From a virus: a stretch of DNA of 64,000 nt. Made by a program: the position numbers and the translations under genes. The notes under the pieces are model-generated. The model made no database searches and had not been told where the DNA came from. It saw nothing but the letters and a program-made list of their open reading frames with translations. Where the stretch lies: IMG/VR virus record IMGVR_UViG_3300010397_000046, positions 4,359 to 68,358 of that record; one strand, given 5' to 3'. Of the stretch, positions 17,673 to 26,756 are shown one piece after another; the first letter of the stretch is position 1, and every line of letters starts with the position of its first letter.

Positions 17673-18685
17673 AGATCAATCGCTTGGACTTAATCAAAGC
17701 ACTTCAGGCAGTAATGCCTGGGTTGTCTCAAAAAGAAATTATAGAACAATCAACAGCATTCGTGTTCACAAAAACTGGATACGTTGTAACCTATAATGAT
17801 GAAATTGCTGTGTCACATCCAGTAGAAGTTGATTTTGTGGGTGCTGTTCCGGCAAAAGAATTTTTCGCTCTTGTAAATAAAGTGAAGACTGAAGAAATCG
17901 AATTGGAAATAAAAGATAATGAATTGTTGTTGAAAGGTAGTAGGGCAAAAGCCGGATTGCGAATTGATAAAAAGATCATTCTTCCAATTCTTACCCTTGC
18001 ACAACCTGAAGAAGAAGATTGGAAGAAAGTCCCTGCAAATTTCTGTGAAGCAATCTCCTTCTGTCTGTTTTCAGTCAGTAGGGAAGTAAGTAAACCGATT
18101 ATCAATTGTATTCATGTTCATAAAGGCAAGGTTGAATCAACGGATAACAACAGAGTAACGCAATATGACATGGGAGCCGTCAAAAAGGCGTTTGAGGATC
18201 ATACCTTGATCCCTGCTCATGCTGTTAAGGCAATTGTAAATAACAAGCCTACACATTACGCTAAGACGGATGGATGGTTACACTTCACGAATAAAGATGA
18301 TGTTACATTCTCTTGTCGCATTTTTGAAGATGATTTCCCCGATGCTTCTGCATTCTTTGCTCAAAAAGGAGGGTCTATTGAATTTCCAAAAACATTGAAT
18401 GATGTTCTTGACAAGGCGGTTATTTTCAGCAATGGGGAGCGTGTCACAATTCTGTTGTCTGGAAATCGTATGACAGTTTCATCAGAAGGTGTTTCTGGAT
18501 GGTTCAAAGAAGATGTACGGGCTGAATATAAAGGGGAAGATGTTTCATTTGACATCTATCCTGAATTCATGAAAAGCATTATGAAGATAACGAACAAAGC
18601 GGAAATTTGTGCAAAGGTTCTGAAGTTCATTGGGGATAACTTTATTCATGTTGTTGCTCTTGTGAAGTCAAAAAAGAAGGAGTGA
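17669..18685 (+). CDS. dnaN: DNA polymerase III beta-type sliding clamp
   Basis: 338 aa; 'INRLDLIKAL', 'ESTDNNRV' (ATDGHRL-like), 'FEDDFPD'. Confidence 0.75.
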   Translation: MKINRLDLIKALQAVMPGLSQKEIIEQSTAFVFTKTGYVVTYNDEIAVSHPVEVDFVGAVPAKEFFALVNKVKTEEIELEIKDNELLLKGSRAKAGLRIDKKIILPILTLAQPEEEDWKKVPANFCEAISFCLFSVSREVSKPIINCIHVHKGKVESTDNNRVTQYDMGAVKKAFEDHTLIPAHAVKAIVNNKPTHYAKTDGWLHFTNKDDVTFSCRIFEDDFPDASAFFAQKGGSIEFPKTLNDVLDKAVIFSNGERVTILLSGNRMTVSSEGVSGWFKEDVRAEYKGEDVSFDIYPEFMKSIMKITNKAEICAKVLKFIGDNFIHVVALVKSKKKE

Positions 18686-18688
18686 TAA

Positions 18689-18829
18689 ATGCAAAACTAC
18701 ATTTATGGAACAGCTAAACATTGTGGAAACTGTTTAAGAGGTCATTTACCCTCAACAACACCTGAATGTAAAGTATGCTTTGAAACAGGTAATCATGAAA
18801 ATCCCTTTCCTAAATGGAGCAAGAAGTGA
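18689..18829 (+). CDS. 46-aa zinc-finger microprotein
   Basis: Hand-translated HCGNC...CKVC; AAGGAG SD; GTGA overlap. Confidence 0.6.
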   Translation: MQNYIYGTAKHCGNCLRGHLPSTTPECKVCFETGNHENPFPKWSKK

Positions 18830-20043
18830 GTGGGTTCTTTTCAAACGAACAGTTGACTACTAAGAAACGGGTTGCCACAATTACAGGTTGTGGCGCCTGT
18901 CAACTTCACAAAGGTTGTACATCCCCAAAAATGAAACCGGCTGGGGATGGAGAAAAAGGAATCCTTATTCTTGGAACTTGTCCTTCTGAAAAAGCAGATA
19001 ACAGGAATGAGCCGTTTGCCGGTGAAGCTACATTGATGCTAAAGAAGTTGTTGCGTAAGTATGGAATAAATTTGGAAAGAGATTGTGTAAAGATTGATGC
19101 TATCAGTTGCTATCCAGGTAATGCTGATATTACATCTTATCAGGTGGAACTGTGTCGGCCTAATGTGTTCAATGTGATTGATAAGATGAAACCATCATTA
19201 ATCATAGCATTAGGGGGAACAGCAGTAGAAAGTTTGATTGGACACAGATTCAAAAAGAACATTGACGGAATTACAAAGTGGCGTGGATGGTCAATCCCCG
19301 ATAGGGATTTAAATTGTTGGGTATGCCCTACATTTCACCCTACTTACGTCATGCAGCAAGTAGAAAGAAATCCGTCTTATGAAACAGTGTTCAACAGAGA
19401 TATTAAAAATGCCCTGTGTAACTTAGGTAAAAAACTACCTTATTATGAACGGGAACAAGATTGCATAGAAATCATATCTGGAAGGCGTGTATATGACTAT
19501 CTGAAGAAGTTAAACGCTTGTCAGCTATGCGAGTTTGCTTTTGACTACGAAACAACGGGGCTGAAGCCTCATGCGCCTGGCCATGAAATCATATCTTGTG
19601 CTATTGCAGAATCAGAATGCATATCAAAAGCATTCCTTATGCCTAAAGACCCCCCTACTCTTAACATGCTGAAGAAGTTATTGGCTAATCGTTACGTTCC
19701 TAAAATAGCCCAAAATATGAAATTTGAAGATATATGGACTTCAGTGATTTTGGGGATTCAGGTACAAGGTTGGGCGCATGATACAATGTTGGAATCGCAC
19801 AGGTTAGATAATAGGAGGGGTATTTCTGGATTGAAGTTTCAAGCCTATGTTCGATTTGGAATTGTAGACTATGATTCTGAAGTATCGCCTTTCCTAAAAG
19901 GCATTGATGAAAAGAATGCTAACAGCCTGAACCGCATCAAAGAAGCCCCTGTAAAACCCTTGCTGTATTATAACGGGATGGATTCACTTCTTGAGTATCG
20001 CTTATGTCAAATACAAAGGAGAGAAATAAATAATGGGCCTTGA
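18826..20043 (+). CDS. Family-4 UDG-like domain fused to PolA 3'-5' exonuclease (N-terminal half of split PolA)
   Basis: CGACQLHKGC, PFAG, PTFHP; ExoI DYETTG, ExoII NMKFED, ExoIII YNGMD; probable GTG start 18826 (track start 18814). Confidence 0.85.
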   Translation: MSGFFSNEQLTTKKRVATITGCGACQLHKGCTSPKMKPAGDGEKGILILGTCPSEKADNRNEPFAGEATLMLKKLLRKYGINLERDCVKIDAISCYPGNADITSYQVELCRPNVFNVIDKMKPSLIIALGGTAVESLIGHRFKKNIDGITKWRGWSIPDRDLNCWVCPTFHPTYVMQQVERNPSYETVFNRDIKNALCNLGKKLPYYEREQDCIEIISGRRVYDYLKKLNACQLCEFAFDYETTGLKPHAPGHEIISCAIAESECISKAFLMPKDPPTLNMLKKLLANRYVPKIAQNMKFEDIWTSVILGIQVQGWAHDTMLESHRLDNRRGISGLKFQAYVRFGIVDYDSEVSPFLKGIDEKNANSLNRIKEAPVKPLLYYNGMDSLLEYRLCQIQRREINNGP

Positions 20044-20230
20044 AATCATTAAACAGATACGTTGTGATTTTGAAGAATGCAATGAAATATTTCCGGTAGG
20101 AAATGAAGATACTTTTTTTATTGCTGGAATCATTGAATCAAAAAAAGCAGGATGGGTCGTTGTTCCTAGTTATCCTAGAAGTAAACATTTTTGTCCAAAA
20201 TGCAATGCAACAGGATTAAAAAATGGCTAG
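20033..20230 (+). CDS. small Zn-binding protein
   Basis: CDFEEC..AGW..HFCPKC. Confidence 0.65.
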   Translation: MGLEIIKQIRCDFEECNEIFPVGNEDTFFIAGIIESKKAGWVVVPSYPRSKHFCPKCNATGLKNG

Positions 20231-20477
20231 AACTATTCTTCCTACTAAGATAAAAAGAGTGCTTCAATTTGTTAAGAACAAATCAGATAAGAATTATGGA
20301 AGTTGGATTTATATTCCGATGTATACAGCAGACGAATATAAAGTATTTCGGCTGTGTCCTATCAGGGATTATCTTTATTTCAGGATTGCTTGCAAGATGG
20401 GATTGATTCATATGAAATATAATGAATCAAATGCTATGTTGACCTTACAAGGAAAGAAAGCATTGGAGGTAGTATGA
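20223..20477 (+). CDS. hypothetical protein (MART N-terminus, wHTH-like end)
   Basis: 'KMGLI...LTLQGKKAL'. Confidence 0.6.
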   Translation: MARTILPTKIKRVLQFVKNKSDKNYGSWIYIPMYTADEYKVFRLCPIRDYLYFRIACKMGLIHMKYNESNAMLTLQGKKALEVV

Positions 20478-20692
20478 AGATAAGCATTGCATTGCAGATC
20501 AAAATAAATGAATTGGAATCAAGAACTGGAGTAAAACCTGACTTTATTTATATGGGAACACTTACTTTAAAATTACTACTGAATGAGCATCAGCAAGAAG
20601 AAGTAAGTAATGTTCGATTTAAAAGTTACGCCGGTATTCCTGTAATATATGTTGAGGATGTAAATCATTTGTCAGTTGGGTATAATATCTAA
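20474..20692 (+). CDS. hypothetical protein, similar to 32168..32386
   Basis: ESRTGVKPDFIYMG vs EQDTGLKPRFIDIG. Confidence 0.6.
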   Translation: MKISIALQIKINELESRTGVKPDFIYMGTLTLKLLLNEHQQEEVSNVRFKSYAGIPVIYVEDVNHLSVGYNI

Positions 20693-20704
20693 GGAGGTTT
20701 AATC

Positions 20705-21070
20705 ATGTTCGTTGCAAGGGATAAAACGGGGAATCTTTATTTATTTGGACGCAAACCTGAAAGGACTTTAGCATATTGGGCAAGTAGCGGTTTTGGTTTT
20801 CCATTAAATAATGCTGATTTCCCTGATCTTAAATGGGAAGATGAACCCATGGAAGTTATTATCATAGAAAAAGTTCCGTCTAAGGCTCCATTGCGTTATG
20901 TTCCTGAAGATACTTATGGAATGCAGCCACAAAAAGTAGGACAGGCTTTGAATTATGCAATACAAGCAGCACAAGCAATAGAAACAAAAAAATATTTTCA
21001 ATGTACCTGTTCTTTACAATGCCCAACTTGTCAAACTGTTTTGAACTTTGAAATAAAGGAAAAAGTATGA
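20705..21070 (+). CDS. hypothetical phage protein
   Basis: FVARDKTG..LF..KP, FPDLKWEDEP; AAGGAGG SD. Confidence 0.65.
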   Translation: MFVARDKTGNLYLFGRKPERTLAYWASSGFGFPLNNADFPDLKWEDEPMEVIIIEKVPSKAPLRYVPEDTYGMQPQKVGQALNYAIQAAQAIETKKYFQCTCSLQCPTCQTVLNFEIKEKV

Positions 21071-23655
21071 TTATTTCCGCTGATACCTATTCCCCTTCAG
21101 CTTTGATGCATGAGGGCATACTTGCCTTATCAAGAGCCGAACAATATGGAATACATATTGATGTTGATTACTGCAAGAAAGTTGATGTTCATCTTGAAAA
21201 GCAGATCAAGTTTTATAAGAATGAATTTGAAACATCTACATTAGCAAAGCGTTGGAAACACATTTATAAGAACGGAACAAACTTTAATTCAGATCATCAG
21301 TTATCACACATTCTGTTCAAGAACATGGGGATAGAACCAAAGAAACATACGGCTAATGGGAACCCCTCAACAGATGAAGAAGCCCTATCAGCCTTATGCA
21401 TTGATGAAATCGACTACATCCTTAAATTACGACACTTGGACAAGGTTAAAACAACTTACATAGGTGCATTTCTAAGGGAGCAAGTTGATGGAATATTACA
21501 TCCTGTTTTTAATTTACATATCCCTCTTACCTTTCGCAGTTCTTCAGACTCTCCAAATTTTCAGAATATTCCAAACCGTGACCCGAAACTTAAAAAGCTG
21601 TGTAGAAAAGCAATTAAGGCAAGAAAGGGACGAAAACTTCTTTGTGTAGATTATGGAGGTATCGAAGTCAAAATTGCGGCGTGTGTTGTGGGTTCTACTG
21701 AAATTGAGACTATTGATGGAAAGCAATCTATAGTTGAAGTGATTCAAAGAGTAAATAATAAAGAAAAAGTATACGTCTATGGGTATGATTTAAAAAATAA
21801 TCGCATAGGCATATCTAAAGTAATTGAAGGAGGTATAACAAAACAAAACACAAGAGTATTCAAAGTAACATTAGATAATGGAGAAAGTATAACAGCAACT
21901 CCAAATCATAAATTTCTTTTGCGAAATGGAGAGTACAAAGAACTACGTCATTTAGAAGTGGGCGATAGTTTAATGCCTTTGTATAAAAAGAATCAAAAGA
22001 GTAGGCATAAAACAAATTATACTAAAGTGTATCTAAATAACGGTAAATCAATGTTGGAGCATAATTTGATAGCATTAGATATATTTGGGGTAGAAATTGG
22101 GTCCTCTAAATTTATCATGCATCATAAAAACGGAAACGGTAAGAAAAACAGTTTAGATAATTTGGACCTCATTACCCGTAAAAGACATATGCAGATTCAT
22201 TCAATACAGGGCTGGAACAATCCAAAACACAAAAACAGAAATGATTGGATGAAAACTGAAAAAGGTAAAAAACACGTTAAAAAATTGCATAAGAAATTAA
22301 AAGAAATAATGAGCACAGAAAAAGGAAGGATTGAGCAAGGATTTAGAATATCTGAAGGAATAAAAAGAAATGGAGGTAGAATAGGTAATAAGAATGCAAT
22401 GTTTGGAAAAACACAATCGGAAGAAACCAAATTAAAAATATCGTGTGCTAAGAAAGGGGTGAAAACTAATAGATCTTGGAATAAAGGATTAACAAAAGAA
22501 ACAAGTGTCTCTGTTTTAGCTATTAGTTTGAAAGCCAAAAATAGAGAAGTATCAGAAGAAACCCGTAAAAAAATATCTATTGCTGGAACAGGTAGAATGC
22601 ATACAGAAGCTACTAGACTGCTCTTGAAAAATCGACCTGTGAAACAGGAAACAAGAGATAAACTACGACAAAGTAAATTAGAGTATTGGAAAAATAAACA
22701 AAAGACTTTCTGTAAAATATGCAATAAAGCAATGGCAACAGTAACAAACACTCACTTGAAATATACTCATAATATTTCAGTGGAAGAGTACAAAGAAACA
22801 TATAATCATAAAGTTGTGAAAATTGAATCAGCCGGTAATCAAGATGTTTATAATATTACCGTGAAAGGACTACACAATTATGCTGTGGGTGCCGGGGTTG
22901 TAATAAAGAATTGCTATCATAAAGACCCCACTATGATGAAGTATATCAATGATCCCACAACAGACATGCATCGTGACACAGCAATGGACTGTTTTCTTGT
23001 GAAAGACCCTGCTTTGATTGTAAAAGCAATCCGACACACAGCAAAGAATATGTTTGTATTTCCACAGTTTTATGGGGATTGGTATAAGTCTTGTGCTGAA
23101 TCAATGTGGATAGCAGCACAATCTCCAACACACGTTTTATCAAACGGACTGCATTTGATGAAACACCTTGCAAGTAAGGGGATCAAAACTTATGACAGGT
23201 TTGAAAAAAATATCAAGAGGGTGGAAGATTTATTTTGGAATACTAGGTTTCCTGTCTACACTGAATGGAAAGAAGAATGGTGGACTGATTACTGCAAGCG
23301 TGGATACATTGATATGTATACTGGGTTTCGGTGTCATGGTGTTCTTGGGCGGAACGACTGCATTAACTATCCAGTGCAAGGAGCGGCTTTCCATTGTTTG
23401 CTTCTTGCTTTTATTCTGCTTGATCGTATACAGACCGAGAGGGGATGGAAATCGAGACTGATTGCCCAGATACATGACGAAGTTATTTTGGAAGTTCACC
23501 CTGATGAAGAACAGGAGGTGTTAGAAACAGTACAGTGGGTAATGTGTGAGGAAGTACCGAGGATATTTACTTGGATAAATGTTCCTCTTATAGCTGAAGC
23601 AGAGATAACAGGTATTGATGAAACATGGTACGATAAAAAAGCGATAGGAGGGTAA
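21067..23655 (+). CDS. polA: DNA polymerase family A polymerase domain, intein-containing
   Basis: SSDSPNFQNIP, motif A DYGGIE, motif B RHTAKNMFVFPQFYG, NYPVQG, motif C QIHDE. Confidence 0.93.
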   Translation: MIISADTYSPSALMHEGILALSRAEQYGIHIDVDYCKKVDVHLEKQIKFYKNEFETSTLAKRWKHIYKNGTNFNSDHQLSHILFKNMGIEPKKHTANGNPSTDEEALSALCIDEIDYILKLRHLDKVKTTYIGAFLREQVDGILHPVFNLHIPLTFRSSSDSPNFQNIPNRDPKLKKLCRKAIKARKGRKLLCVDYGGIEVKIAACVVGSTEIETIDGKQSIVEVIQRVNNKEKVYVYGYDLKNNRIGISKVIEGGITKQNTRVFKVTLDNGESITATPNHKFLLRNGEYKELRHLEVGDSLMPLYKKNQKSRHKTNYTKVYLNNGKSMLEHNLIALDIFGVEIGSSKFIMHHKNGNGKKNSLDNLDLITRKRHMQIHSIQGWNNPKHKNRNDWMKTEKGKKHVKKLHKKLKEIMSTEKGRIEQGFRISEGIKRNGGRIGNKNAMFGKTQSEETKLKISCAKKGVKTNRSWNKGLTKETSVSVLAISLKAKNREVSEETRKKISIAGTGRMHTEATRLLLKNRPVKQETRDKLRQSKLEYWKNKQKTFCKICNKAMATVTNTHLKYTHNISVEEYKETYNHKVVKIESAGNQDVYNITVKGLHNYAVGAGVVIKNCYHKDPTMMKYINDPTTDMHRDTAMDCFLVKDPALIVKAIRHTAKNMFVFPQFYGDWYKSCAESMWIAAQSPTHVLSNGLHLMKHLASKGIKTYDRFEKNIKRVEDLFWNTRFPVYTEWKEEWWTDYCKRGYIDMYTGFRCHGVLGRNDCINYPVQGAAFHCLLLAFILLDRIQTERGWKSRLIAQIHDEVILEVHPDEEQEVLETVQWVMCEEVPRIFTWINVPLIAEAEITGIDETWYDKKAIGG
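21682..22911 (+). mobile_element. 410-aa intein with HNH endonuclease, NUMOD3 repeats and Zn finger
   Basis: Starts CVVGST; block B TPNHKF; block F VYNITV; ends HNY..VIKN|C; HHKNG..N..NL. Confidence 0.9.
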
Positions 23656-23658
23656 GTA

Positions 23659-24192
23659 ATGCGTAAATTGTTATTGATTGTTGTAAATGGGTATCCACAA
23701 TCAGGGAAAGATACTTTTGTAAATTATTGCAGGAAGTATCTTGAAGATAAAGATTTTCATACACACAACGTATCTTCAGTAGACCCTATCAAAAAAGCGG
23801 CAAAGTTGATTGGATGGGATGGAACAAAGGATGATAAAGGGAGAAACTTTCTATCGGAACTGAAAGACTTGTCCACAAAATATTATGATTTCCCTTTCAA
23901 ACACATGCTGCATGAAATTGAAACAAGAAGGTTTCCTGATGAAGATCATTGCTTTTTCTTCCATATCAGGGAACCGGAAGAAATCAAGAAGTTTGTAGAA
24001 TATATTGGGTTTCCTGTGACAACAATCTTTATTGAAAGGAAAGATTCAATAAAGCATCTTACAAACACAGGTGACGCAAATGTGAAAGATTACAAGTACA
24101 ATTACATAATATACAATGACAAGTCTTTGGAAGGTTTGAACTCAACAGCATATATAATCATGAACACCATTAAAAAGGAGATAGACAAATGA
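23659..24192 (+). CDS. P-loop dNMP kinase-like protein
   Basis: NGYPQSGKDT, GWDG.KD, HIREPEEI. Confidence 0.75.
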   Translation: MRKLLLIVVNGYPQSGKDTFVNYCRKYLEDKDFHTHNVSSVDPIKKAAKLIGWDGTKDDKGRNFLSELKDLSTKYYDFPFKHMLHEIETRRFPDEDHCFFFHIREPEEIKKFVEYIGFPVTTIFIERKDSIKHLTNTGDANVKDYKYNYIIYNDKSLEGLNSTAYIIMNTIKKEIDK

Positions 24193-24884
24193 GACTACTA
24201 CATCCAAGTTTTCAGATTCAAGATGTACTTAACGGTTGGGACATGATTTGTAAGTTAGAGAAACGTGGAAGAGTCTGCTACAAGTCTGAAGAATTCATTT
24301 CATCCGAATCAGCAAAGAGTTTCATCAGGGGTATTATCAAGAACGGTCATGAATCTGTCTTGGAGCATGAGAAAGTGACCGTTAAAGTGATTTGTAGCCG
24401 GTCAGTGTCGCATAGGCTTGTCCGGCACAGAATTGCTAGCTATAGTCAGGAGAGTACCCGCTGGTGTAATTACACGAAAAAGAATGACGGTCATATCTCA
24501 TTTATCATTCCTACATGGTCTGAGATTGAACCGGGGACTTATGCTGATGTTCCTAAAAATTTAAGTGAAGATTTACCTTCACTTTTGGCAATGAAAAATG
24601 AAGATAAGGTATGGTTCACGGCTATGCAGTTTTCAGCTTGCGGATATACAACATTAGTAGATATGGGAAAGAAACCGGAAGAAGCACAAGGAGTATTAGC
24701 ACACAGCCTGAAAACAGAATTGGACATGACAATGAATTTAAGGGAGTGGAGGCACTTCTTTAAAGAAAGAACGGCTAAAGTTGCAGGGGATGAAGTAAGG
24801 CAATTGACAGTCCCTATGCTGATAAAGTTTCAGGCTTATATTCCAATTGTGTTTGATGATATTCTTGAATTATTGGAGAAATAG
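24189..24884 (+). CDS. thyX: FAD-dependent thymidylate synthase
   Basis: GHESVLEH, RHRIASYSQESTR, NLREWRHF. Confidence 0.93.
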   Translation: MRLLHPSFQIQDVLNGWDMICKLEKRGRVCYKSEEFISSESAKSFIRGIIKNGHESVLEHEKVTVKVICSRSVSHRLVRHRIASYSQESTRWCNYTKKNDGHISFIIPTWSEIEPGTYADVPKNLSEDLPSLLAMKNEDKVWFTAMQFSACGYTTLVDMGKKPEEAQGVLAHSLKTELDMTMNLREWRHFFKERTAKVAGDEVRQLTVPMLIKFQAYIPIVFDDILELLEK

Positions 24885-24886
24885 AT

Positions 24887-25072
24887 ATGAAGTTATCAAA
24901 GGATGCTATTGTTAAAATGGTTAATTACCTTTGGGGATTGTATGATTCAGATAGGATTACTGATGAAAAAGAAGGACAATTCATTATATCAATGCGTAAA
25001 TGCATTCAGTATGATTTAAAAATAACGGATAAACAATTGGAATGGTTATCTGATCTTTATCACAAATACTAA
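24887..25072 (+). CDS. hypothetical protein
   Basis: GGAG SD; ITDKQLEWL. Confidence 0.55.
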   Translation: MKLSKDAIVKMVNYLWGLYDSDRITDEKEGQFIISMRKCIQYDLKITDKQLEWLSDLYHKY

Positions 25073-25086
25073 GGGGGGATTTACAA

Positions 25087-25386
25087 ATGAGTGAGACTAT
25101 AGCTTATGGGGCATTATGCACATGGTGGGATGATAAGGACAATGTAGGGAAAAAACGAATAGAATATACTGATGAATTTATCCCGACTTGTCCTCATTGT
25201 AATCGTGTTTTGATGGAAATATCTAAAGAAGAATGGTGGGAATCTATCAACAAATACGAGTCAACTGAACCTGGATATACTCAAAAAGTGAAATGGTCAC
25301 AAGGTAAATGTTTTGCTAATTATCAAGAATTGAATGAAGCGTATAATGCCTACTTATTGGAGGGTGATAATGTCACTAGCAAATGA
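25087..25386 (+). CDS. hypothetical protein (CTWW, CPHC)
   Basis: GGGGGA SD. Confidence 0.65.
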   Translation: MSETIAYGALCTWWDDKDNVGKKRIEYTDEFIPTCPHCNRVLMEISKEEWWESINKYESTEPGYTQKVKWSQGKCFANYQELNEAYNAYLLEGDNVTSK

Positions 25387-26293
25387 GTATAGGCCGGAAA
25401 CACTGAAAGAACTCTTTGGAAATGCAACTATGAAATCTTCCCTGATTTCCAAGTTGACACTTCCCCCTAAAAAGCGACCACATTCCTACATGCTTATTGG
25501 ACAGAAAGGTTGTGGAAAAACAACAGTAGCAAGAATCATTGCATCTATGCTTGATTGCTGTGATGCAGAATTCTATGAAATAGATGCATCTGATGAATCA
25601 GGGGGAGTTGCAGCTTGTAGGGAATTGAAACGAACTATCAACTATCAGCCTATGTCTGGAGAAGTGAGAGTATGGTTTATTGATGAATGTCACAAGTTGA
25701 CCAAACCTGCCCAAGAAGCGTTGTTGAAGATGCTTGAAGAACCACCGGAACATGCCTATTTCATTCTTGCAACTACTGATCCACAAAAGCTGTTAGGTAC
25801 ATTTAAAGATCGTTGCACTACCTATGAAATGAAACCGCTTGATGATGAAGAAATGATGGCTTTATTGGATGGCATCATTGAATCAGAAGAGAAAGAAGTC
25901 CCACAAGATGTATTAGAGTCAATCATTACATCAGCAAACGGAATGCCTAGACAAGCAATCAAGACACTTGAAAGGGTCATTGATCTTCCAAAGAAGAAAA
26001 TGCTTGAAGCGTCGGAACAGATCATGGAAACAGAAGCACAAACAATTGATCTTTGTCGTGTGCTTCTGCAAAAGAAACCCACATGGAAAGATGTAACAAA
26101 GATATTGAGTGTGTTACAGGCTGAACCTGAATCAGTAAGGTACGCTGTACTTGGATACTGCAATAGTATTCTTCTGAAGGGGGATAATCCTAGAGCATAT
26201 GCCGTCATGTGCTGCTTTACTGAAAACTACTACAGCACAGGCCGAGGGGGGCTTACCATGTCTTGCTACGATGCTGTGAACGGGGGAACATGA
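25370..26293 (+). CDS. dnaX: Clamp-loader ATPase, DnaX gamma/tau-like
   Basis: EYRP, GQKGCGKTT, IDECH, ALLKMLEEPP, DRC. Confidence 0.85.
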   Translation: MSLANEYRPETLKELFGNATMKSSLISKLTLPPKKRPHSYMLIGQKGCGKTTVARIIASMLDCCDAEFYEIDASDESGGVAACRELKRTINYQPMSGEVRVWFIDECHKLTKPAQEALLKMLEEPPEHAYFILATTDPQKLLGTFKDRCTTYEMKPLDDEEMMALLDGIIESEEKEVPQDVLESIITSANGMPRQAIKTLERVIDLPKKKMLEASEQIMETEAQTIDLCRVLLQKKPTWKDVTKILSVLQAEPESVRYAVLGYCNSILLKGDNPRAYAVMCCFTENYYSTGRGGLTMSCYDAVNGGT

Positions 26294-26332
26294 GTAAATA
26301 AAGATAAACAAAATCAATCATTTTTAAAATTA

Positions 26333-26385
26333 TCAATGTCTATTGAAAATAATTTCTTGACAGTCAATAATCATTGATATATTGT
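26333..26385 (+). promoter_or_regulatory. sigma70 promoter with two TCAAT-N4-ATTGA palindromes
   Basis: TTGACA(26357)-17-TATTGT; palindromes at 26333-26346 and 26364-26377. Confidence 0.7.
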
Positions 26386-26440
26386 CGAATCTCACGCAGC
26401 AAAGAGTAATAGATACTATTAAATCCAAGGAGGTGCAATC

Positions 26441-26458
26441 ATGAAACGCTACCTGTAA
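26441..26458 (+). CDS. 5-codon minigene/leader peptide MKRYL
   Basis: AAGGAGGTG SD before ATG AAA CGC TAC CTG TAA. Confidence 0.45.
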   Translation: MKRYL

Positions 26459-26468
26459 AAAGGGGCTA

Positions 26469-26538
26469 TAGGTTGAGGGGGTCAACAAAACGACATAGTT
26501 CTAGCGGTAGGACTACAGGGCAAGACTCCCTCAACCTG
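26469..26538 (+). ncRNA. Candidate structured RNA (outer stem, large internal loop, apical hairpin)
   Basis: aggttgagggggtc / gactccctcaacct enclosing tagttcta-gcgg-taggacta. Confidence 0.5.
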
Positions 26539-26567
26539 AATCAAACATCCAAAAGGAGGTAATAGGA

Positions 26568-26756
26568 ATGTGTATCAATAAGTATAATTATTCAGCATAC
26601 AATGAAATATATAATAAGAGCATTAAGAGTAGAAAGAAGTTTTTTGTATTTGGAATCATTATCGTTGTTATGGTAGCTGTGTTTATTTATATAAGGCACA
26701 AGGGGGATTTTCCAAATGAGAACAAACAAAATGAAATCAAGACAGTCTATGCATAA
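26568..26756 (+). CDS. small single-pass membrane protein
   Basis: AAGGAGGT SD; TM helix. Confidence 0.55.
   Translation: MCINKYNYSAYNEIYNKSIKSRKKFFVFGIIIVVMVAVFIYIRHKGDFPNENKQNEIKTVYA

Noticed and set aside
20043-21067. Group I intron between the polymerase halves
   Set aside because: Filled with SD-bearing overlapping ORFs; no P7 core elements recognised
26513-26560. c-di-GMP-I riboswitch (ACAGGGCAA)
   Set aside because: Lacks the GAAA tetraloop stem and GACGCAAAGC-like core
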